From an uncultured Gammaproteobacteria bacterium (GTDB lineage Bacteria; Pseudomonadota; Gammaproteobacteria; GCA-001735895): a stretch of DNA of 64,000 nt. The notes beneath the pieces are model-generated. The model saw only the letters and a program-made list of their open reading frames with translations. It was not told the DNA's origin and made no database searches. The stretch's first letter is position 1, and each line of letters opens with the position of its first letter. Shown here piece by piece: positions 43,356-50,867 of this stretch. A program made the translations under genes and the position numbers. The stretch lies in assembly GCA_964651385.1 (NCBI GenBank), contig CAZYYM010000005.1, positions 13,836 to 77,835 on the forward strand. Direction: 5' to 3'.

Positions 43356-43749
43356 AAGGCGCAGGCATTTCATCGGCATCGATACCGGGTACGTGGGTGA
43401 TACCCGCACGTTGTTTCCAGTCTACCGGATAAGCCGAATAAAAAATGACGCATTTATCGTCACACTCGTAAATGACATGATTGTCCTTGGGTACAAACAT
43501 CAAGTCACCGGGATTTAGCTCGTAGTTGACACTGTCAACTACCAGGCGGAAAGTGCCTTTGAGGCAGTAGATGAGTTCGTCGCAGGTTAAATCCCATGGC
43601 ACCGAAATTTTATTCAACGCGTTGATGCCGCCACACATGCTATTACTAATTTCGGTGGTGACAAAAGGTTTGATAAATGTGCCGTTTTCGGGCAGATTGT
43701 CGATTCGATCCTGAATGTCGGCGATTCTAAATACACTGGGTGCTGTCAT
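43345..43749 (-). CDS. EutQ-like cupin
   Basis: SMCGG, WDLTCDELIYCLKG, LNPGDLMFVPK, FYSAYPVDW; RBS GAGG. Confidence 0.8.
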   Translation of the reverse strand: MTAPSVFRIADIQDRIDNLPENGTFIKPFVTTEISNSMCGGINALNKISVPWDLTCDELIYCLKGTFRLVVDSVNYELNPGDLMFVPKDNHVIYECDDKCVIFYSAYPVDWKQRAGITHVPGIDADEMPAPYDS

Positions 43750-43773
43750 GTTTATTCCTCGTTTAGTGGTAGA

Positions 43774-44778
43774 TTATTCAAGTAGTTCCGCGATTGTGCT
43801 ATCGAGGAAATGTTCAAATTCAGGGCTATTGCCAGGCGATGCAACACAGTGCCCCCAGGGTGATTCGAAGACTCGAAGCTCGCCATTATTAATGTGTTCA
43901 ATCTCAATCTGGTTATCTTCGACGCGAAAGTACAGGTCGTGGTTGCAAACAATCACAATGGTTCTGGCTTTAATCGCTTTCAAAGCCGCCTGGAAATCAC
44001 CGCCATAAGCAGGTTGCGCACTGATGTCACCCAGTTGCCAGGTTTTTAATTTGCACAGCAGGTCGTTGGCATCCCAGTCGAGATGATCCTGTTCCCAGTC
44101 CTGTAGCAAAGCCTCCGCAGTATCGAAGCCCTTAAGCTTATACAAATGCTCGCGGTAAAAGGTTTGCGAAAAGGCCCAGCCCGCATAAATTCGCCCGAAA
44201 GCTTTCAGGCCCTTGACCGGTGGTGTCAGGTAATTTCCGTCGTCATAAACGGCGTCCGCCTGCAAAGCCGCTTTGACGCCTTCGAGGAACACTATATTGT
44301 GTTCGGCTGTTTTTGCCGATGCACAGAATGGCAGAATAGCTTTAACCATATCAGGATACTGCGCCGCCCATTGAAACGACTGGCAACCCGCCATTGACCA
44401 GCCCGCCACCAGTGCAATCTGTTCGACACCGAGCTGCTCGGTTAATAGCAGATGCTGCGCTTTGATATTGTCAAATAGCGTTATGTCCGGGAATCGCGGC
44501 CCATCGAAAGGCGCCGGGGTATTGCTTGGCGAAGACGAAATGCCATTGCCGAACAGATTCACCGAGACGATGAAATGCCGATCCGGGTCAATCGCACGAC
44601 CCGGGCCGAAGAAGCCTTCATTGCGGCCATGGCTGCCGGTATAAAACGTCGGCAGGACAACAACATTATCTGCTGCCTGGTTTAAGGCACCATAGGTTTT
44701 GTAGGCCAGCTTCAGCTCGGGCAGGACAATTCCCGACTGAAGCCGAAATTCGTGCAGATTAAAGCTGTCGTAATCCAC
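43774..44778 (-). CDS. Alpha/beta hydrolase of the homoserine-O-acetyltransferase (MetX) fold
   Basis: FRLQSG..L..L.LAYKTYG.LN, NLFGNG.SSSPS, nucleophile GWSMAG, acid HDLYF, His PWGH. Start moved to GTG 44778. Confidence 0.85.
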   Translation of the reverse strand: MDYDSFNLHEFRLQSGIVLPELKLAYKTYGALNQAADNVVVLPTFYTGSHGRNEGFFGPGRAIDPDRHFIVSVNLFGNGISSSPSNTPAPFDGPRFPDITLFDNIKAQHLLLTEQLGVEQIALVAGWSMAGCQSFQWAAQYPDMVKAILPFCASAKTAEHNIVFLEGVKAALQADAVYDDGNYLTPPVKGLKAFGRIYAGWAFSQTFYREHLYKLKGFDTAEALLQDWEQDHLDWDANDLLCKLKTWQLGDISAQPAYGGDFQAALKAIKARTIVIVCNHDLYFRVEDNQIEIEHINNGELRVFESPWGHCVASPGNSPEFEHFLDSTIAELLE

Positions 44779-44786
44779 CGAAAGGC

Positions 44787-46205
44787 CTAGTATAGACGCA
44801 AATATTCCTGCACTTCCCAGTCCGTCACGGTCTGGTGATAACGCTCCCATTCGTCGACTTTATAGGCCAGAAAAGAGCGGTGCATGGCCTCTCCCATGAC
44901 CGCTTTGGCCATCTCGTCGTTTCTCAATGCCTCGGTAGCCACCATCAGGTTTCGTGGCAGCCGACGAATTCCATGTTCTTTCAACTGTTCGTCGGTCATT
45001 TCGTAGAGGTCGAAATCGGTCGGTTTGCCCGGATCGATTTTATTATTAATGCCTTCAATTGAAGCAGTCAGCGTCATCGCCAGACCCAGATAGACATTCA
45101 TACACATATCCGCGGCTCGGTTTTCGATGCAATAGCGGCTTTGTGGCAGGCGGAACTGCGCCGAGCGATTGTTATAGCCATAAGTGATATTGGTCGGCGC
45201 CCAGGTCACCGTACCGCCTTCGAAACCACCGACTTTCGGCACCAGGCCGTTATAGGAATTCACCGTCGAACAGGCAATTGCGGTTATGGCTTCAGAATGT
45301 GCCATTAAACCCCCGACCGCGTGCGCGGATTCGGCGGACCAGCCGTTTTTGTCCGAGCCGAAAATATTCACTCCCGGATTATCTACCGATTGCATTGAAA
45401 AATTAATATGTGCGCCCGAACGCCAGTCTCCGGTAGTCGGTTTCGGCATAAAGGTGATAAACATACCGTGCTCCTTGGCTATTTCTTTCAACAAAATTCG
45501 CAGGAAAACCAGGCGATCGGCCATTTCCAGCAAAGTGGTGTAGTGAAAGTCGAGTTCAAACTGCGAATAGGCACCCTCGGCGACGACATCGTGGATGTTC
45601 CAGCCCAGGTCCTCGAGGATGTCGATCATATCTTTCAGGAATGGCATCGAATCGATCGAGTACTCGACATCATAGCCGAAGGCCTGACGCCGCGGCTTGA
45701 TGCCGTTTTCAGGGTCATCTTCGATCGCCTTGACGGGCTGGCCAGCGTCGTTATAACGCATCGCGATGAATTCCGGTTCGATACCGGCATAACCGACATA
45801 GCCTGCGGCCTCACTATCTCGCATCGCGCGTTTCAACGCCTGCCTGGGGCAAACGTTATAGGGCTTATCCTCCCAGAACAGATCGGCAAAAATAATCGCC
45901 ATCGACTTGTCCCAGGGGCAGATATAAACCGCGTCGAGGTCGGGCACCATGACCTGATCCGAATCGGCTGGCGAGAGTTCCGGCACAAATGAAATCGAAT
46001 GCACTGCGAACTGCGGCCCTTTGCCCATACACAGCAGCTCAAAATCGCTCATCGGCACCGGTTTTGTCTTCGGGATACCGAACAGGTCTATCCAGCTCGA
46101 TAGTACGTATTTGACACCGGCGTCTTCGAGTTCCTTGCGAACTTCGGCTATTCGCTCGGCAGTCGGCAGGGCATCGGCAAAATTTTCATAATAAGTGCTG
46201 CTCAT
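44787..46205 (-). CDS. Glutamine synthetase-like ligase (GmaS/GlnT-related, atypical pocket)
   Basis: WIDLFG, GIEPEF, AEG..SQFE, FMPKP, H of SGAH, NNRSAQFRLP, IENRAAD; strong RBS GGAGG. Confidence 0.9.
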   Translation of the reverse strand: MSSTYYENFADALPTAERIAEVRKELEDAGVKYVLSSWIDLFGIPKTKPVPMSDFELLCMGKGPQFAVHSISFVPELSPADSDQVMVPDLDAVYICPWDKSMAIIFADLFWEDKPYNVCPRQALKRAMRDSEAAGYVGYAGIEPEFIAMRYNDAGQPVKAIEDDPENGIKPRRQAFGYDVEYSIDSMPFLKDMIDILEDLGWNIHDVVAEGAYSQFELDFHYTTLLEMADRLVFLRILLKEIAKEHGMFITFMPKPTTGDWRSGAHINFSMQSVDNPGVNIFGSDKNGWSAESAHAVGGLMAHSEAITAIACSTVNSYNGLVPKVGGFEGGTVTWAPTNITYGYNNRSAQFRLPQSRYCIENRAADMCMNVYLGLAMTLTASIEGINNKIDPGKPTDFDLYEMTDEQLKEHGIRRLPRNLMVATEALRNDEMAKAVMGEAMHRSFLAYKVDEWERYHQTVTDWEVQEYLRLY

Positions 46206-46226
46206 CGGTTTTTTCCTCCCGGGGTT

Positions 46227-46739
46227 TCAGGTGCTCTGCCGCTTCAGCAGAAATTGATTTTTGAACATCTCGATACCGGTCATGACTTCGAGATCGGCAA
46301 TATCGTCACTGCCATAGCAATGCTGTTCCAGAAACCTCTGGAATGATTCGCTGGAATCGCAAACTACCTCAATGAGTAAGTCGTAACGCCCGGAAACCCA
46401 GAGCACATAGACCACCTCGGTATACTGTGAAAGTCTTTCCGCCACCGCACGTGGAGCTGTTGGCGAGGCCACCTTAATACCGATCATCGCATCGGCCTTA
46501 TAACGAATCGCCATCGGATCAGCCAGCGCAACAATCTTCAGCAGGCCGTTTTTTTTCATCGCCTGCACACGATTGCGGATGGTGCCTTCGGATACCTTCA
46601 GGGTTCGTGCGACGTCTTTGTAAGCCATGCGCCCATCGTCCTGAAGCAACTTGATAATCGATTGGTTCAGCTCATCGACCGGGGAATCGATACTGCGCGA
46701 CTTACTGCTGGATATCGAAACCGGGGCATTTACCGTCAT
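46227..46739 (-). CDS. Lrp/AsnC family transcriptional regulator
   Basis: IIKLLQDDGRMAYKDVARTLKVSEGTIRNRV, VSGRYDLLIEV. Confidence 0.92.
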   Translation of the reverse strand: MTVNAPVSISSSKSRSIDSPVDELNQSIIKLLQDDGRMAYKDVARTLKVSEGTIRNRVQAMKKNGLLKIVALADPMAIRYKADAMIGIKVASPTAPRAVAERLSQYTEVVYVLWVSGRYDLLIEVVCDSSESFQRFLEQHCYGSDDIADLEVMTGIEMFKNQFLLKRQST

Positions 46740-46913
46740 AGAGTATTGAGTTTTATGCTTTGTTTTGCCGAATTATTGATGATAATGATAATATTAGCAA
46801 GATTTATTAACGAAAACGCAATCTGCTGCGAAAAAGGCTACGCGATACGAAAATTCTATGATAATTTATCGATACCTAATAAGACCTTCAATCGCTTTAC
46901 GGAATCTATGCTT

Positions 46914-48038
46914 ATGAACCAGATTTTGGATGCGTCCTTATTCAAAGAATTCGATCAGCCCTTCGGGCTCTCCCACGGATTGCCCGGCTCGGCATATACC
47001 AGTCCGACATTCAATCAGCTCGAAAATGAGCGAATATTCTCGCGTAGCTGGGTCTTCGTCGGCTTTGCGCACGAACTGCCCAATAGCGGCGACGTGGTGC
47101 CGATTAACATCGCAGGCCTGCCGCTGTTTTTGCTACGTAATGACAATGGCGAAATAGCGGCGTTTCACAATGTGTGTCGACATCGCAACCTGCAGATCAT
47201 CGATAAACCCGCCAATTGTGGGAAAATTATCCGTTGCCCTTACCATAGCTGGAGTTACGACCTCCGTGGCCAGCTAAAGAATGCGCCCTATTTCGGCGGC
47301 GGTGCGAAAGACCTGCCTGCAGGCTTCAATCTCGAGAATAACGGTTTAATGCCGGTTAACATTGCGGTCTGGCACGACTGGATATTCCTCAACCTCGCCG
47401 AAGAACCTCGCGCCTTCGAGCATTTCATCGCGCCGCTAAAAACTGCACTGGGTGACAACGATGTCAGCCAGTATGTCCCCGTTACCACGGTTCAAATGGG
47501 CACAGTAAAGTGCAACTGGAAGTTACTAATGGAAAACTTTATCGAGCCCTATCACGTGCAGTTCGTGCATAAGACCACCACCGAGCAACCACTGCAAGAT
47601 CACTACCCCGTTATCGAAGGCGACTGCCTCGGCAGTGCCGTCGACCTCAGCGAAGAACAGATGGCGGCAGCAAGGTCTGATACCCTCGGAGTCTCGTCGA
47701 AATACCTGACGCTATTCCCTAACTTCGTCATGGGAACCTATCATCCGGACCAGGTCGGTGTTCATCTGAATACACCGATTGATGGGGAAACAACCCTGCA
47801 ACGTCGTGTTATTTACCTGCACAAAGATGCCGGTTATAGTGACGAACAGATTCAGGGCCTGCACGACCTGTGGCACAGTGTTCACCTCGAAGACCACGAA
47901 ATGTGCCAGCGACTACAGCAGGGCCGCCACTCGCCGCTGGCACAACAGGGCGGTGTGTTATCGCCGCACTGGGAAACCAGCGTACGAAAATTTCAGGAAC
48001 TGGTCGCCAACGCCGTGCGACCGGGCCTAAGTCAATAA
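46914..48038 (+). CDS. Rieske non-heme iron oxygenase alpha subunit (choline/carnitine monooxygenase-like group)
   Basis: CRH...CPYH Rieske motif, ENFIEPYHVQFVH iron ligands, ED..C..LQQG..S. Start moved to ATG 46914 (46908 also possible). Confidence 0.92.
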   Translation: MNQILDASLFKEFDQPFGLSHGLPGSAYTSPTFNQLENERIFSRSWVFVGFAHELPNSGDVVPINIAGLPLFLLRNDNGEIAAFHNVCRHRNLQIIDKPANCGKIIRCPYHSWSYDLRGQLKNAPYFGGGAKDLPAGFNLENNGLMPVNIAVWHDWIFLNLAEEPRAFEHFIAPLKTALGDNDVSQYVPVTTVQMGTVKCNWKLLMENFIEPYHVQFVHKTTTEQPLQDHYPVIEGDCLGSAVDLSEEQMAAARSDTLGVSSKYLTLFPNFVMGTYHPDQVGVHLNTPIDGETTLQRRVIYLHKDAGYSDEQIQGLHDLWHSVHLEDHEMCQRLQQGRHSPLAQQGGVLSPHWETSVRKFQELVANAVRPGLSQ

Positions 48039-48052
48039 ATTGAGGAAAACCA

Positions 48053-48472
48053 ATGAACGAAGCCGCCAGCAAACCCGATTTTCGCCTCGATCACACAATG
48101 ATCCGTGTTTTAGACCAGGGGAAAACTATCGACTTTTACACCCGTATTCTGGGGATGAAAATTTTGCGCCAGAATGAATATCCTGACGGTCGTTATACCA
48201 ATACCTTCGTCGGCTATCAGGGCGAAGACGATGGCACCACCATCGAAATGACCTACAACTGGGATCAGCAAGAACCCTACGACATGGGTAATGCCTGGGG
48301 ACATTTCGCGTTGAAGGTATCGGACGTCTACGCAACGGCGGAATATCTCAAATCGGAAGGTGTCGAGTTCGTGCGAGAAGCAGGGCCGATGAATGCAGGG
48401 ACGCGTATTATTGCGTTCTTCAAAGATCCGAATGGTTATGTCATCGAATTGAATGAGCCGTTGTCGAATTAG
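48053..48472 (+). CDS. gloA: Lactoylglutathione lyase (glyoxalase I)-like VOC protein
   Basis: HTMIRV, FYT.ILGMK, IEMTYNW, GHFAL, FFKDPNGY.IEL. Confidence 0.82.
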   Translation: MNEAASKPDFRLDHTMIRVLDQGKTIDFYTRILGMKILRQNEYPDGRYTNTFVGYQGEDDGTTIEMTYNWDQQEPYDMGNAWGHFALKVSDVYATAEYLKSEGVEFVREAGPMNAGTRIIAFFKDPNGYVIELNEPLSN

Positions 48473-48547
48473 TCTTAGGTCATCGATTTTGAGGTGTAAA
48501 CTGACAGTTCGAAAACACTGATTCTGTCGCGTCAGGTTTGATTATCA

Positions 48548-49012
48548 ATGAATATGAAAATTATACTAACCATTATACCGGGCCTCATGATTATGGCATT
48601 TGCTGGATTATTTTACCTTGGTCGCATATCGCAGTCTGGTGATGCACGGGGGCTGGTCGAGGCAAAACTAGCAAAGTGCCCAGAAAAACCGAACTGTATT
48701 TGTACCGAGTTTCCATCTGATATCAGCCATTACATGACGCCGATAGACTTATCGCAAACGGGTCTCAGGGATGTGCGGGTAAAATTAAAAACTGTTGTAG
48801 ATAAAACGGGTGGCAGCATACGGGCAGAAGATGACAATTATCTGGTCGCAACATTTACATCGTCGATATTCGGCTTTGTCGATGATTTAGAATTCAGGAT
48901 AGATGCCGATCAAAAGCTGATCCAGCTGCGCTCGGCGTCGAGAGTCGGTTATAGCGATCGGGGAGTCAACAGGAAAAGAGTGGCACAAATTAAAATGTTA
49001 TTCAATCAATAG
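48548..49012 (+). CDS. DUF1499 family protein
   Basis: LAKCPEKPNCICT, FGFVDDLEF, IQLRSASRVGYSDRGVNRKRV. Confidence 0.88.
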   Translation: MNMKIILTIIPGLMIMAFAGLFYLGRISQSGDARGLVEAKLAKCPEKPNCICTEFPSDISHYMTPIDLSQTGLRDVRVKLKTVVDKTGGSIRAEDDNYLVATFTSSIFGFVDDLEFRIDADQKLIQLRSASRVGYSDRGVNRKRVAQIKMLFNQ

Positions 49013-49019
49013 CGTTCGA

Positions 49020-49484
49020 TCAAACGTAGTCCAGTGGCAGTACTGTGGTATTTTTCAACTCTTCCATCGCGAAGTGGGAACTGATTTCGAATATGTCTAC
49101 CCTGCTGATCAGTTTCTTGTAAACTGCGTCGAAAGCACCAATCGTAGGTGCTACTATTTTTAACAGGTAATCTACCTCACCACTCATTCGATAATATTCG
49201 ATTATTTCTGGAATGTTGTCGATTACCGAGGTGAATTGCTTCAGCCATTGGGTGTTGTGCTGGTTAGTGCGTATATTCATGAACACAATCACCTGTAAAT
49301 TTAGACGCTTGCGGTCGAGAAGCGCCACTCGGGATCGAATGATGCCTGATTCCTGCATTCTTTGAATTCGACGCCAACAGGGGTTTTTGCTCAAACCTAC
49401 CTGGTCAGCGAGATTAACCAGCGATTGATCTGAGTTTCTCTGGAGATGCTCGAGAATATGTCTGTCAATTTTATCTAGCTTCAT
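49020..49484 (-). CDS. Lrp/AsnC family regulator (DecR/YbaO-like)
   Basis: LDKIDRHIL, VGLSKNPCWRRIQRM, YRMSGEVDYLLKIV, SSHFAME. Confidence 0.9.
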   Translation of the reverse strand: MKLDKIDRHILEHLQRNSDQSLVNLADQVGLSKNPCWRRIQRMQESGIIRSRVALLDRKRLNLQVIVFMNIRTNQHNTQWLKQFTSVIDNIPEIIEYYRMSGEVDYLLKIVAPTIGAFDAVYKKLISRVDIFEISSHFAMEELKNTTVLPLDYV

Positions 49485-49607
49485 TTTCCCATAATATCGG
49501 AATTAATTGGGATAAAATACTAATTTTTATCATAATAAATCAAATTATGGGATAAATTTGCAGGAAAATCTTGTTAAGCTGTGCTCATTGATTCAGGAGA
49601 TATTGAT

Positions 49608-49853
49608 ATGAAAAACTTATTTACCTATCACCCCGCTTCGGTTGGTGAAAATTACTTGCAACATCTGAAAACAGCCCTTGGTTTTAGTGTGGATTTGCTA
49701 TTGGCCGCTCTAGTTTGCCTCGTACATGCCTTGATGCCATTCCTATTCGTTAAAACCGGCAGCATGAAAATAGATGCGCTTTATCAGAGAATGGTGACCC
49801 ATCGCGATCAGCGTACTGGTCTCGCGACCGATGGCCAAACCAGTCGTGGATAA
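49608..49853 (+). CDS. Small membrane protein, DUF6356-like
   Basis: FT.HPASVGENY.QH...A..F, LVHALMPFLF..TGS; RBS AGGAGA. Start moved to ATG 49608. Confidence 0.75.
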   Translation: MKNLFTYHPASVGENYLQHLKTALGFSVDLLLAALVCLVHALMPFLFVKTGSMKIDALYQRMVTHRDQRTGLATDGQTSRG

Positions 49854-50110
49854 TGGGGCTTGAAGTTACCTTCGAGAATCCCAGGGAGCTATTATTCCGG
49901 CATTCCCGTCAAATGTTACTGCAGCCGGGCAGTTGGTGCATGCGAAAATCCCCAGCCAATTTATTCAATTGCCTGGGGGGTTGGTTGGTATAACCGGTTA
50001 TATTTTTTGATTCATTTAGACCCACCAGCTTTACAATACGGGCTACCCTGGCACCGAGCTCACGCTGCTATCGCTTTTTCTGATATGAAGGAAATAGTGG
50101 AGTAAATGCA

Positions 50111-50620
50111 TTGCGCACTACACAGCCCGTAATAACAGAAAACAAAACCATTCTGGTCACTGGTTCTTCAACCGGCATTGGCAAGTGCGTTGCCCATGGG
50201 TTACACCAACGCGGCTACCGAGTCTTCGCGAGTGTCCGCAATGCGGATGATATAGCCGCTAATACAAAGGCAGGGATGGACAGTCTATTGCTCGACTACA
50301 ATGATTCGGCAAGCATCAAGATGGCGGTCGAAAGTCGATTTCGTGAAAATGCTTATCGTGCATTTCAGCAGCACATAGTGGTTGATAACAGCATTCATCG
50401 TCAACGCTATCAAAAAATGATCCAGCGATTTAAAGCCAGCGGGAAGGCACAGCCGTTTACGTTGCCACCGCAAGCCGTACTCAAGTGTGTGGTACACGCG
50501 CTGGAGAGTAAACGACCAAAGATACGCTACCCAGTCACTTTCCCGACTTACCTGTTTGGCTTGTTAAAGCGTGTTATGAGTGATCGGATGCTGGACAGGG
50601 TTCTGAGGAGGGTTGGCTAA
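50111..50620 (+). pseudogene. SDR oxidoreductase (YbbO-like) with a large in-frame internal deletion
   Basis: N-terminal TGSSTGIG and C-terminal RFRENA...RYPVTFPT are present. NNAG, the catalytic Ser, YxxxK and IEPGP are absent. Junction at ~50327-50335. Confidence 0.75.
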
Positions 50621-50867
50621 CAAATTGAAAATTTACTTTGCAAATACAGGGAATTGCTTACATTTACAGGGCTGAATCTGTCTATAGATGGGCAAACCGG
50701 GCCAGATAGGTAACCGCTATGATCCTTCAGGCAACAAATAGTTGTCTCGCCTAAATGATTCTATTTGTTTTGCAGATGCCAAAATCGTTTGTGCTTACCT
50801 TCCATATTCTACAAACGGAGGAGCCAAAAAATAACTCCTCTGCAATATTCAGGCAGCCTTTATACCC

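Noticed and set aside
49860-50105. 81-aa TTG-start ORF between the DUF6356-like gene and the SDR pseudogene
   Set aside because: No recognisable family or RBS; may be decayed sequence, but I cannot identify a parent gene.
50690-50750. GGGCAAACC seed resembling the start of a c-di-GMP-I riboswitch
   Set aside because: The following GNRA-capped stem and GCAAAG junction are missing, and the site lies between convergent genes, so there is nothing downstream to regulate.
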